Shown: one piece after another, positions 9,128 to 18,358 of the stretch
Position numbering within the stretch: position 1 is the first letter of the stretch
How the letters are laid out: the number at the start of each line of letters is the position of its first letter
NCBI GenBank assembly: GCA_018241625.1
Contig: JAFEDM010000515.1
Location: 1 to 51,778 of the forward strand
Direction of reading: 5' to 3'
DNA from: Pseudomonadota bacterium
GTDB lineage: Bacteria; Pseudomonadota; Alphaproteobacteria; Caulobacterales; Caulobacteraceae
DNA: 51,778 bases
Made by a program: the position numbers and the translations under genes
The notes under the pieces: model-generated
Seen by the model: only the letters and a program-made list of their open reading frames with translations
What the model was told of the DNA's origin: nothing
Database searches by the model: none

Positions 9128-10582
9128 GTGAGTTCGAGACGCGACGTCATGAGCCAGGCGGCTGCGTTGGTCGTAGGCGCATCGGCGCTGTCCGGTTCGG
9201 CGGCGAGGGGTTCGACGACGGTGGCCGGGTCACGCCCCAGGATCACCGGCCCCATCACCGGTGGCGCTCACGGGCGGCCGTTCGCGGCCTACTTCGGCGA
9301 CATCTCGGCTGTCGGCTATGTTGAGGAAGAGTACTTCATCGAAGGAGAAGCCGCAGCCTTCAAGGTCCTCGGCGACATCCCCCTCGACGGCCGGCTAGAA
9401 ACCGCGAAGGTCGGAGCCACCCCCTACAAGACACGACTACTCGTCCGGCGTCCCGCCGACCCGGCGAAATTCAACGGCACGGTCCTCGTCGAGTGGATCA
9501 ACGTCAGCGCCGGCTACGACATCGCCTGCGCCGATCCGGTGGGGCTCTATGAGGCGGGCTTCGCTTGGGTTTCCGTCTCCGCCCAGCGGGTCGGCGTCCA
9601 CGGCTACGAGGCGGCGTTCCACCCACCGCTGCCGACGGGCAAGGGCCTGGTGCAGTGGGACGCCGCCCGCTACGGCAGCCTCTCCGTCCCCGGGGACTCG
9701 CTGTCCTATGACATCTTCACCCAGGGCGCCCGCGCGGTCGGCCCCGATCGCCTGAGCGAGGTGGATCCGATGGGCGGCCTCAAGGTCCGCAAGCTCATCG
9801 CCATCGGCGCCTCGCAGTCCGGCTATCGCCTGGTCAGCTACATCAACGGCGTCCAGAAGACCCATGCCGTCTTCGACGCCCTGATGCCGCTAGTGTTCGC
9901 CGGCCGCTCGGCGCCCTGGGTCGATGCTCGGCCGAACAGCCAGCTTTCGGCCCCTCAGATGAGGATCCGCGACGATCTCGCCGCTAAGGTCTTTGGCCTG
10001 GATTCCGAGACCGAGGCGCCGGCCTATCTGAAGGTCCGCCAGCCCGATACCGACCGCTTCCGCTACTGGGAGATCGCCGGCGCCTCGCATGGGGGGACCG
10101 CGCAGGAGGCCCGGATCAGGCTTATCACCGACCGCGACGGCGTCACCGCGCCCGACGACGGCCCACCCATCCATACCAGCGACGTGCTGTGGGTCCCGAC
10201 CTGCGACGCCGCCATCCGCCACGTCCAAAAGTGGATCCACGGCGGCGCGCCGCCGCCCGTGCAGCCGAAGATCGCGTTCGACGCCACCGGTCCGACGCCG
10301 ACGATCAAGCGCGATCGCCTCGGCAACGCGGTCGGAGGTGTTCGCCTGCCCGACCTCGAGGTTCCGACGGCGCAGTCTGTTGGAAGCACCAAGGACTCGG
10401 CTTGGCTGGGTCAGACCTTCCCGTTCACGCCGGCGCAGCTGCGGAGCCTATATCCGACCCACCAGGACTACGTCGTCCAGGTGAGGGCGGCGGCCGACCG
10501 CGCGCTGAAGGCCGGCGTCATCCTGCCCTATCGCGCCGCGCAGTACGTCACGCAGGCGGAGGCCGCCGAGATCCCCGCCTAG
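9128..10582 (+). CDS. Tat-exported alpha/beta hydrolase domain protein
   Basis: GTG start gives SSRRDVM plus a hydrophobic Tat-like signal; VEEEYFIEG, RRP..FNGTVLVEW.NVS, GASQS nucleophile and EIAGASH. Confidence 0.82.
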   Translation: MSSRRDVMSQAAALVVGASALSGSAARGSTTVAGSRPRITGPITGGAHGRPFAAYFGDISAVGYVEEEYFIEGEAAAFKVLGDIPLDGRLETAKVGATPYKTRLLVRRPADPAKFNGTVLVEWINVSAGYDIACADPVGLYEAGFAWVSVSAQRVGVHGYEAAFHPPLPTGKGLVQWDAARYGSLSVPGDSLSYDIFTQGARAVGPDRLSEVDPMGGLKVRKLIAIGASQSGYRLVSYINGVQKTHAVFDALMPLVFAGRSAPWVDARPNSQLSAPQMRIRDDLAAKVFGLDSETEAPAYLKVRQPDTDRFRYWEIAGASHGGTAQEARIRLITDRDGVTAPDDGPPIHTSDVLWVPTCDAAIRHVQKWIHGGAPPPVQPKIAFDATGPTPTIKRDRLGNAVGGVRLPDLEVPTAQSVGSTKDSAWLGQTFPFTPAQLRSLYPTHQDYVVQVRAAADRALKAGVILPYRAAQYVTQAEAAEIPA

Positions 10583-10617
10583 GCCTCACCGGGCGCGGCC
10601 CGAAGAAGGAGTGATCG

Positions 10618-11580
10618 GTGAAGACAGCCTCCGCCAAACCCCGCGCGAAACCTCGGATCGGTCGACAGGACCTGGCGGCGATCCTGTCCATTGGGCTGCT
10701 TTCGGTCGCTCCGATGTCCGCCCACGCTCAGGACGCGGCGAAGCCGCATGGCCTGCGTATCTTCATCTCGGTCGACATGGAGGGCGTGACCGGCGTGGTA
10801 ATGCCCAACCAGCTGACGCCCACCGGCAACGAATACGAGCGCTACCGGCTCATCATGACCAACGAGGTCAATGCGGCGATCACCGGCGCGCGGAAGGCTG
10901 GCGCGACCGAATTCGTCATCGCCGATGGGCACGGAAACTTCCAGAACCTGCTGCTCGACAGCCTTCCGAAGGACGCCAAGGTCGTGCGAGGTGAACCCCG
11001 GCCCCTGATCATGATGGACGGCGTCCAGGACGGGACATTCGATGGCGCCATGTTCATCGGCTATCACGCCAGCTCCGTCAGCCTTGCGGGGGTGCGAGCG
11101 CACTCCTTCTCCAGCGCCGCCATCTCCGAACTGAAGGTCAACGGCGTCCCTGTTTCCGAAGGCTATTGGAACGCCGCGGTGGCCGGCGACTTCAACGTCC
11201 CTGTCATCCTGGCGACCGGCGATGACGTGGCCGTCGCCGAGCTGAAGCCTGTCGCCAAGAGCGCCGAATTGGTCGCGGTGAAGAAGGCCCTGGGCTTCCA
11301 TGCGGCCGAGACTCTCACCCCGGCGGCGGCGAACGAGCTGATCGAGGCGGCATCGGAACGGGCGGTGCGCAATTTGCCCGCCGACAAACCCTTCCGCATC
11401 AAGGGGCCGGTCACCGTCGACCTGACGTTCCACTTCTACCAGCCTGCGGAACTTCTAACCTGGCTGCCGAGTGTGCAACGGACAGGCGCGCGGTCGGTCC
11501 GCTTCACCTCCGGCAACATGGTCGATGCGACCAGGTTCCTGGCCTTCATCTCCAGCTACAATTTCGGCCTGCAGCCCTGA
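10618..11580 (+). CDS. M55 family zinc D-aminopeptidase (DppA-like) with signal peptide
   Basis: IFISVDMEG, DGHG, IGYHA, AHSFS and SEG metal/catalytic motifs of M55; N-terminal signal ending AHA. Confidence 0.9.
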   Translation: MKTASAKPRAKPRIGRQDLAAILSIGLLSVAPMSAHAQDAAKPHGLRIFISVDMEGVTGVVMPNQLTPTGNEYERYRLIMTNEVNAAITGARKAGATEFVIADGHGNFQNLLLDSLPKDAKVVRGEPRPLIMMDGVQDGTFDGAMFIGYHASSVSLAGVRAHSFSSAAISELKVNGVPVSEGYWNAAVAGDFNVPVILATGDDVAVAELKPVAKSAELVAVKKALGFHAAETLTPAAANELIEAASERAVRNLPADKPFRIKGPVTVDLTFHFYQPAELLTWLPSVQRTGARSVRFTSGNMVDATRFLAFISSYNFGLQP

Positions 11581-11600
11581 CGGCATGAACAGCTCGACCC

Positions 11601-11641
11601 TTGACATCGCCCCTGGCGTTCTGAAGATGGAAACGTTTCCA
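11601..11641 (+). promoter_or_regulatory. Sigma70-type promoter with LacI operator
   Basis: TTGACA at 11601-11606; TGGAAACGTTTCCA at 11628-11641. Confidence 0.85.
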
Positions 11642-11666
11642 AAAATCGCCCCGAGGGGATCGCGAA

Positions 11667-13340
11667 TTGTCCATCAGCCGTAGAAACGTGATCGGCGCGA
11701 CCGCCACCCTGGCCGCCGCCCTGGCGACCGAAGCCGGCCCGGCGATCGCCTCGACCAACAAGTCGGGCGGCGGCGCCCGGCACGATGCGATGCTGAAGAC
11801 GCTTGAGGCCTATGCGGAGCAACACCGCGCCAACTGGGGCCTACCGGGGATGACCATCGCCGTGGTCGATCGCCAGGGCTTCACCGGCTACATCCGCTCC
11901 GGCTGGGCGGACATCGACAAGAAGATCCCGGTGGGCCCGGATCATCTGTGGCAGGTCGGCTCGATCACCAAGATGATGGTCGCGCTGACGCTCTGGTCGA
12001 TGTTCGACGAGGGCAAGCTGTCGCCCGACACGCCCTTCCTCAAGGCGCTCCCTGGCATCAAGGTGACGAACGGCGAAGGCATCCGCCTGCAGCACCTGCT
12101 CAACCACACCTCCGGCATGCCGAACATCGCGCCCTATGTTTCGGAGCTGGGCGGCCTGTGGTCGAGCTACACCCCCGGGACGCATTGGAACTACTGCAAC
12201 ATCGGCTACGCGCTGCTGGGCCTGATCATCGCCGAGCATGACGGCCGGACCTTCGAGGCGGCGGTCAAGGCGCGCGTCTTCGACAAGCTGGGGATGAAGG
12301 ACTCGGTCGGCGCGATCCGCGGCAGCGACCGCCACCGCTATCCCGTCGGCTACCTGCCCTACGTCACCGACCGTATGACGCTGCGGCCCAGCGAGGTCGC
12401 GCCTGCGGCCTGGGCCGATGTCGACAACGCCGCCGGCTCCAACGCGGCGACCGCCGCCGACATGGCGAAGTTCCTTCGCTTCCTGCTGGCGCTGGCTGAA
12501 GGCAAGGGGTCGGGCGTCATCAGCGATGCGAGCGCGGTCAAGTTCCTGGCCAACCCTGCCGAGGCCCCGGCCGACGGCAAGGGCGTCACCTACGGCAACG
12601 GCATCGGCCACTATCCGATCGATGGACGGACCTACTTCCACCACACCGGCGGCATGGTCTCGGTGGTGTCCTCGCTGCACGTTGACCCGGACGCTGGCGT
12701 CGCGGCCTTCGTCTCCACCAACATCGGCTACCTCGCCTCGAACTACCGCCCGAAGGACGTGTCCCTGTACGCCTGCAATCTTCTGCGGTGTCTGAACGCC
12801 GGCACGCCCGCGCCCGCACCCGCGCCGCCGCGCCCCGTGGTCGCGAATCCGAAGCCGTTCGCGGGCGTCTACACCGCCGCCAACGGAGACCGGATCGAAG
12901 TCATCCCCGGCGCCGACAAGCTCACCCTGCGCCATCGCGGCGCGGACAGTCGCATGGAGGACTACGGCGGCGGCATGTTCGCCTGCGAAGCCCTCGAATT
13001 CCAGATCACCGGCCTGTTGTTCGAAGCCGAAGGCGGCAAGGCGGTGCGCGCCTGGGCGGGCGACGTGGAATACGTCGCCAACCCTGCGGCGGGGTACAAG
13101 CCGAAGGCGTCGCCGGAGCTCGCGCTCCTCGCCGGTCGGTATGACGGCACGCGGATCTACGCACGCGACGGCGCGCTCTGGCGTGGCAATCGCGAGAAGC
13201 TGATCCCGATCGGCAACGGGGATTATCGCGCCGGGCCGGAATGGTCGCCGGAACGGGTGCGCTTCGACACCCCCTTCTTTGGGCGGCCGCAGCGGATCCT
13301 CAACAACGGCGGGCCCGGCTGGCGGGTGGCGTTCGACTAG
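11667..13340 (+). CDS. Tat-exported serine hydrolase, beta-lactamase/D-peptidase (S12) family
   Basis: SRRNVIG Tat signal; SxxK (GSITK), YxN (YCN), LLNHTSG and HTGG. Confidence 0.9.
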   Translation: MSISRRNVIGATATLAAALATEAGPAIASTNKSGGGARHDAMLKTLEAYAEQHRANWGLPGMTIAVVDRQGFTGYIRSGWADIDKKIPVGPDHLWQVGSITKMMVALTLWSMFDEGKLSPDTPFLKALPGIKVTNGEGIRLQHLLNHTSGMPNIAPYVSELGGLWSSYTPGTHWNYCNIGYALLGLIIAEHDGRTFEAAVKARVFDKLGMKDSVGAIRGSDRHRYPVGYLPYVTDRMTLRPSEVAPAAWADVDNAAGSNAATAADMAKFLRFLLALAEGKGSGVISDASAVKFLANPAEAPADGKGVTYGNGIGHYPIDGRTYFHHTGGMVSVVSSLHVDPDAGVAAFVSTNIGYLASNYRPKDVSLYACNLLRCLNAGTPAPAPAPPRPVVANPKPFAGVYTAANGDRIEVIPGADKLTLRHRGADSRMEDYGGGMFACEALEFQITGLLFEAEGGKAVRAWAGDVEYVANPAAGYKPKASPELALLAGRYDGTRIYARDGALWRGNREKLIPIGNGDYRAGPEWSPERVRFDTPFFGRPQRILNNGGPGWRVAFD

Positions 13341-13405
13341 GGGCGCCTCTCCTCAGGCGCGTCAGCCAAAGCATTCCTCGGCCGCCCTCCCCTGGCCGAG
13401 AACCT

Positions 13406-13446
13406 GCCCAGCCGTCCGATTCGATCGGCGGCTGGGCCCCTTCTTT
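13406..13446. terminator. Hairpin between convergent genes, probable terminator
   Basis: GCCCAGCCG-TCCGAT-TCG-ATCGG-CGGCTGGGC followed by CCCTTCTTT. Confidence 0.5.
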
Positions 13447-13451
13447 CGTGA

Positions 13452-13766
13452 TCAGTCCTGGTGCCACTGCAGCGGCAGCAGGAAGGGGAAGTTCCGGGAG
13501 ACGTCGATTTCGGACTTCATAATCGGCGCCATGTATTCGCCCCAGCGCCGGTTGGCGTCGCTCTTCAGCAGGGTGGCGATCGTGGTATCCAGGTTCTCGC
13601 ATTCGAAATAGCCGAACAGCGTCAGCCCGTAGCGGAAGATCGAATAATTCAGCATGCCCGCAGCGCGGATATCTTCCGACAGCTCCGGCCAGATCTCGTC
13701 GTGTCGCTTCTTGTACTCCTCCTCGTAGCCGGGCCGGACTTCGAGAATCCATGCGTAGTGCGCCAT
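13452..13766 (-). CDS. rhaM: L-rhamnose mutarotase family protein
   Basis: EEYKKRHDEIWPE, NYSIF, LFGYFE, RWGEYM; start at MAHYAW with upstream GGGA. Confidence 0.88.
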   Translation of the reverse strand: MAHYAWILEVRPGYEEEYKKRHDEIWPELSEDIRAAGMLNYSIFRYGLTLFGYFECENLDTTIATLLKSDANRRWGEYMAPIMKSEIDVSRNFPFLLPLQWHQD

Positions 13767-13807
13767 TGGTCGTCCCTTCCCACTTGATGTCGTGAAGCGT
13801 CGATGGC

Positions 13808-14137
13808 TCAGGCGAGGTGGAAGACCCCCTCCATGGGGGCCCACCATTCGCCCGGCTTGATGGTCGCGAGCGGCTGTTGCAGAGGCATGCAGAGCAGGTT
13901 CCACTGCTCGGTCAGGGGGCTCGCGGCCATGATCCCTATGTCGGCCTCGAAATCGTCGCCGACGTATTCCCAGTACCCGAACAGCAGGTTCTCCGGCTCC
14001 CGCAGGAAGATGCTGTAGTTGGTGATCCCGTGGTCGGAGAGCAGCTTCAGGAAGTCCGGCCAGACGTCGGCGTGCAGGCGCTTGTATTCCGCGATCCCCT
14101 CGGGCTTCACGCCCAGGACCATGCCCATTCTCTGCAT
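13808..14137 (-). CDS. L-rhamnose/L-fucose mutarotase family protein (second paralog)
   Basis: EYKRLHADVWP, ITNYSIFL, LFGYWEY and WWAPMEGVFHL. Confidence 0.88.
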   Translation of the reverse strand: MQRMGMVLGVKPEGIAEYKRLHADVWPDFLKLLSDHGITNYSIFLREPENLLFGYWEYVGDDFEADIGIMAASPLTEQWNLLCMPLQQPLATIKPGEWWAPMEGVFHLA

Positions 14138-14166
14138 CGTGTTTCCCCCGTATGGGCCACGGCCGG

Positions 14167-15279
14167 TCAGGCGGCGTCCCTAAGAATCTGCAGGTAGTCC
14201 GCCTGGCTTGCGCGCCGCGGGTTGGTCAGGTGGCAGTGGTCCTCGAGCGCCGCGTGCGACACCGCCGCCATCATCGCCTCCGTGACGCCCATTTCGCGGA
14301 GGCCTGACGGGATGCCGATTTCGGCATTCAACGCGGCGATCACCTCATCGGGCGGACCGCCCAGGCGCCGCACGAGTTCGCCCCACTTCGGTCCGATCGC
14401 GTCGCGATTGAAGCGCAGCACCGCCGGCAGCAGGACGGCGTTCAGGGTCCCGTGATGCAGGATCGGCTCGCGGATGGCGCCCAGCGGGTGGGACAGCGCA
14501 TGCACCGCGCCCAGGCCCTTCTGAAACGCCAGCGCGCCCTCGAGCGCGGCCGTCATCATGTCGCGCCGGGCGTCGCGGTCCGCGCCGTCGGCGACCGCGG
14601 CCCGGATGGCGCCGAGGCCGCAACTCAGGCCGTGCAGCGCGATTGCCTCCGCTGGCGGGTTGAAGGCCGGCGCCATGTAGGTCTCCAGGCAATGGGCGAC
14701 GGCGTCCATGCCGGTGGCCGCGGTAAGCCCCGGCGGCAGGCCGTAGGTGAGCTCCGGGTCGCAGAGCGCCAGGCTGGGGAACATGAAGTCCGAGATGATG
14801 CCGAGCTTGCGTCCGCCGGCCGTGACGATGACTGCGGCGCGCCCGACCTCGGAGCCGGTTCCCGAGGTGGTGGGCACGGCGACCAGCGGGCAGATGGCGC
14901 CATGGATCCGGCCGACGCCGCCTTCGACGGCGGCGTATTGCTCAAGCGGCCCCTCATGGCCGGTCAGCAGGCGAACCGCCTTGGCGAGGTCTAGCGACGA
15001 CCCACCGCCTAGACCCACGATCCCATCGCAGCCGCCGTCGTCATAGCGCTGTTTCGCGGCGATGACGGCCCCTTCCGTGGGGTTAGCCGGGGTCTGGTCG
15101 AAGACAACGGCCCCATCCCCGATCAGCCCAGTGACGCGGGCTACGAGGCCACTGGCGACCAAGCCCTGGTCGGTGGCGATCAGGGGACGCGTCACGCCCA
15201 GGCCGGCCAGGAATTCCGGGAGGCGCGCGATCTCGCCTTCGCCGAATTCGATGCGCGTGAGGTAGTTGATCCGGCTCAT
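14167..15279 (-). CDS. Iron-containing alcohol dehydrogenase
   Basis: Start at MSRINYLTRIEFGEG (ATGA overlap); GGGSSLD, PTTSGTGSE, GMDAVAH, VHALSH and HHG metal ligands. Confidence 0.92.
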   Translation of the reverse strand: MSRINYLTRIEFGEGEIARLPEFLAGLGVTRPLIATDQGLVASGLVARVTGLIGDGAVVFDQTPANPTEGAVIAAKQRYDDGGCDGIVGLGGGSSLDLAKAVRLLTGHEGPLEQYAAVEGGVGRIHGAICPLVAVPTTSGTGSEVGRAAVIVTAGGRKLGIISDFMFPSLALCDPELTYGLPPGLTAATGMDAVAHCLETYMAPAFNPPAEAIALHGLSCGLGAIRAAVADGADRDARRDMMTAALEGALAFQKGLGAVHALSHPLGAIREPILHHGTLNAVLLPAVLRFNRDAIGPKWGELVRRLGGPPDEVIAALNAEIGIPSGLREMGVTEAMMAAVSHAALEDHCHLTNPRRASQADYLQILRDAA

Positions 15280-16115
15280 TGCGTCCCGCGCTCCGCCAGC
15301 CGATAGAACCGCATTCCGTTGGTCTCCATGATCGCTTGCATGTCCTCGGGCCCGTAGAGGTTGCCGAGGACTTCCTTCGCCAGCCCGAGCACCTGGTCGT
15401 AGGACGCGGCCAGCCGGCAGACCGGCCAGTCCGAGCCGAAGACCAGCCGCTGCGGCCCGAAGGCCCGGGCGACGAACTCGACGAACGGGCGGATGCGGTC
15501 CGCCGACCAGTCCTGGCCCGCCTCGGTGGGCAGGCCGGAGATCTTGCAGTGGATTTTGGGCATGGCGGCCAGCGCCGCCATGCCCGCGCACCATTCGGCG
15601 TCCAGCGGGCCCGTCATGTCGGGCTTCGAGATGTGGTCGATGATGCCGTGCACGCCGGGCGCGGCCCGCAGGGCTTCGATCATCGCCGGCAGGTGACGCG
15701 GGAAGGTAAGGATGTCGAACGGCACATTGCGCTCGGCGACGATCTTGAGGGCGCGGCCAAATCGTGGATCGGCGATCAGCGACGGCTCGTGCGACTGCAG
15801 CATCGGCCGCAGGCCCACCCACTTCGGCTTTGCGCGGTAGTGGTCCAGGCGGTCGCCGAAATCGTCGGCGAGCATATCGAGCCAGCCGACGACGCCCAGG
15901 ATGAAGTCCGTGCGCTCGGCGATCCCCAGGAGATAGTCGGTTTCGGCCTCCGTCTCGGCAGCCTGGACGAGGACCGTGTGGGTGACGCCGCCAGCCTTCA
16001 TCAGGGGCGCCAGCTCCACCGGTCCGAAATCGCCGAACAGGGCCGGATAGTCGGGCGACACCCAGACGTGATCCCCGCGCGCGACTTCCCAGAAGTGCTG
16101 GTGGGCGTCGAGCAT
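15276..16115 (-). CDS. Amidohydrolase_2 family sugar lactonase (L-fucono-lactonase-like)
   Basis: DAHQHFW, VLVQA, GVVGW, DHISKP, CKISGL and FGSDWPV. Confidence 0.88.
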   Translation of the reverse strand: MLDAHQHFWEVARGDHVWVSPDYPALFGDFGPVELAPLMKAGGVTHTVLVQAAETEAETDYLLGIAERTDFILGVVGWLDMLADDFGDRLDHYRAKPKWVGLRPMLQSHEPSLIADPRFGRALKIVAERNVPFDILTFPRHLPAMIEALRAAPGVHGIIDHISKPDMTGPLDAEWCAGMAALAAMPKIHCKISGLPTEAGQDWSADRIRPFVEFVARAFGPQRLVFGSDWPVCRLAASYDQVLGLAKEVLGNLYGPEDMQAIMETNGMRFYRLAERGTQ

Positions 16116-17327
16116 CTAGGCCTCTCCCGCGGCCAGGGCGATGGCCTCCAGCAGACGGCGCTCGAGCGGCTCGACCTCTTCGGGCAGGACGCAGTGCGGC
16201 AGGACGACGATTTCGCCCTGGCCGATCCGCGCGTTGAGGACGAAGACGCGGGGGCTGCCCTCCTGCAGTTCGCGCACCACGCGGGCCGCACGCTGCGGCG
16301 TGTCGAAGACGACGGTGATCGCGTTGACGGGGTCGTCGGACTTCACCTTCACGGCCTCGAAGTTGCGCTCGCGGATCGCCCGCGCCAGCCGCTCGGACAG
16401 TGCGACCCGCCCGGCCTGCTCGGCCGCATAGTCGCGGGCCGCGCAAAGCTTCAGGGCGGCCATCAGCCCCGCCAGTTCCTCGCGCCCGACCTTGAGCACG
16501 CGGCCGATGCCCTGGTGTGGCGGCTCGGCCTGGCCTTCGCCGGCTCCGAAGGGTTCCGCGTAGACCTCGGGGTGGACGAAGGCGTCCTGCTGCTGGAGCG
16601 CCGCGGCCCGCACGAGATCGCGCCGGCCGGCGAGGAAGCCGCTCGCCGCGGGACCGCCGATGTACTTCCCGCCCGCGCAGGCGACCAGGTCGGCGCCGAG
16701 GTCGATCCATCGGCGGAAGTTCTCGGCCGGAACCTGGGTCGGCGCGGCGTCGACGATCACCGGCACGCCCCTGCTGTGCGCGATCTCGACGAAGGCCTTG
16801 AAGTCGAGCGTCGAGTCGAGGGTCATGCCGACGTAGAAGCAAGCGGCGGTCCGCTCGGTGATGGCCGCCTCCATCTGCCAGCGGTAGGCGCCCGCGCCGC
16901 TCGACGAGGTGAGGTAGCCGATCTCCACTAGGCGCGCACCGGCCAGGCGTAGGGCATGGTCGAACGACATCCGGTGGGCCCGGTGCATGACGATCTCGTT
17001 CTTCAGGCCGGTGGTGTCGGGCAGCTGGTCCATGGCCGCGCGGCTGTCGCCGGTCATGCAGGCCGCCGCCGCCAGGGTCAGGCAGGCGTCCGCGCCGGAC
17101 GCCACGCAGCCGGCTTCGGCCCCCATGAACTCCGAGATCAGGTCCGACGCGCGGGCCTGCATCTCGGCGATCGGCACGAAGGTCTGCGAGGCGGCCACCA
17201 TCGCGTCCACCACCGGCTGCGCCAAGCGTGTGCCGCCGAGGCGGCTGGCGTGCGACGCGGCGTTGATGATCGGGCGCAGGCCCATGGCGGCGAAGAAGTC
17301 GTCGCGGTCGCGGGACGTCGAGGTCAT
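16116..17327 (-). CDS. SelA/DgaE-like PLP-dependent enzyme (cytoplasmic)
   Basis: IINAA....LGG, ASGADA, VIVDAA, GGK(PLP Lys)YIGGP and IGRVLKVGRE. Confidence 0.87.
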   Translation of the reverse strand: MTSTSRDRDDFFAAMGLRPIINAASHASRLGGTRLAQPVVDAMVAASQTFVPIAEMQARASDLISEFMGAEAGCVASGADACLTLAAAACMTGDSRAAMDQLPDTTGLKNEIVMHRAHRMSFDHALRLAGARLVEIGYLTSSSGAGAYRWQMEAAITERTAACFYVGMTLDSTLDFKAFVEIAHSRGVPVIVDAAPTQVPAENFRRWIDLGADLVACAGGKYIGGPAASGFLAGRRDLVRAAALQQQDAFVHPEVYAEPFGAGEGQAEPPHQGIGRVLKVGREELAGLMAALKLCAARDYAAEQAGRVALSERLARAIRERNFEAVKVKSDDPVNAITVVFDTPQRAARVVRELQEGSPRVFVLNARIGQGEIVVLPHCVLPEEVEPLERRLLEAIALAAGEA

Positions 17328-18358
17328 GACGTTGAGCTCACAGTCAGGTCGTCGGCGGCGTCACGGCCGCCAGGGGTTTCGAAGCGGAGCGTCAGCGGGA
17401 AATGGCAAGCTGCGCGATGGTCCGGCCCCATCGGATCGAGCGTCGGCGCAACCTCGGCGCAGAGCGGCTGGACATCGGGGCAACGGGAGCGGAAGACGCA
17501 CCCCGAAGGCGGGTTGGTGGGACTGGGCAGCTCACCGCCGATCGCGGGCTGGACGCGCCGCCGCCCAGGTATGGGCTGAGGCACGGCCGAGGCCAGGCCG
17601 CGGGTGTAGGGGTGCCTGGCGCCCTGCGACAGGAGCGATCCACGCCCCTCTTCGACGATGCGTCCCAGGTACATGACGGCGACGCGCTCGCAGAGGTGGT
17701 CGACGACGTTGAGATCGTGGCTGACGAAGATCATGGTCAGGCCGAGCTGGTCGCGAAGGTCCGAGAACAGGTTGAGGATCTGCCCCTGCACCGAGACGTC
17801 GAGGCTGGACACGGCTTCGTCGGCCACGATGACCTTGGGACGGACCGACAGCGCACGCGCGATATTGACCCGCTGGCGCTGGCCGCCGGACAGCTCGTGC
17901 GGATAGCGGCGCGCCAGCGCAGGCGACAGGCCGACGATCTCCAGCAATCGGTCCCGCTCGTCCGGCGCCTCCTGGGGCGCCACCACCTTGTGGACGCGCA
18001 ACGGCTCCAGGATCGTGTCGCCCACGCGCATCCGGGGATTGAGGGCCGAATAGGGGTCCTGGAACACCATCTGTATCCCGAGCGCCACGGCCGGCGGCCG
18101 GCGGTGCAGATCTGTGAGATCGGCGCCCTCATAGGCGACGACACCCGCATCCGGCTGGGTCAGGCCCACGATGATGCGGGCCAGGGTGGACTTGCCGCAC
18201 CCAGACTCGCCGACGATCCCAAGGGTCGTCCCCGCCTCAACCTCCAGGTTGACATCGGACAGGGCGCGCAGAAGCAGGCGCGGCCGCCCAAGGGTCCGCG
18301 GCCCGACCCGGAAGGCCTTGGAGACCCCCTTCAATCGCAGGATGGGCCCGCTAGCCAA
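17324..18358 (-). CDS. Oligopeptide-type ABC transporter ATP-binding protein
   Basis: [29 protein letters not shown] and C-terminal Cys cluster; TTG start after GAGGAGG. Confidence 0.92.
   Translation of the reverse strand: MASGPILRLKGVSKAFRVGPRTLGRPRLLLRALSDVNLEVEAGTTLGIVGESGCGKSTLARIIVGLTQPDAGVVAYEGADLTDLHRRPPAVALGIQMVFQDPYSALNPRMRVGDTILEPLRVHKVVAPQEAPDERDRLLEIVGLSPALARRYPHELSGGQRQRVNIARALSVRPKVIVADEAVSSLDVSVQGQILNLFSDLRDQLGLTMIFVSHDLNVVDHLCERVAVMYLGRIVEEGRGSLLSQGARHPYTRGLASAVPQPIPGRRRVQPAIGGELPSPTNPPSGCVFRSRCPDVQPLCAEVAPTLDPMGPDHRAACHFPLTLRFETPGGRDAADDLTVSSTS

Noticed and set aside
11667-13340. Antibiotic-resistance beta-lactamase
   Set aside because: The SxxK fold is shared by many esterases and peptidases; LacI control, extra C-terminal domains and the absence of mobile context argue for catabolism.
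14167-16842. 891-aa ORF suggesting a large ADH fusion
   Set aside because: The N-terminal ~520 aa is Arg-rich off-frame read-through over the lactonase and SelA-like genes; the real ADH starts at 15279.
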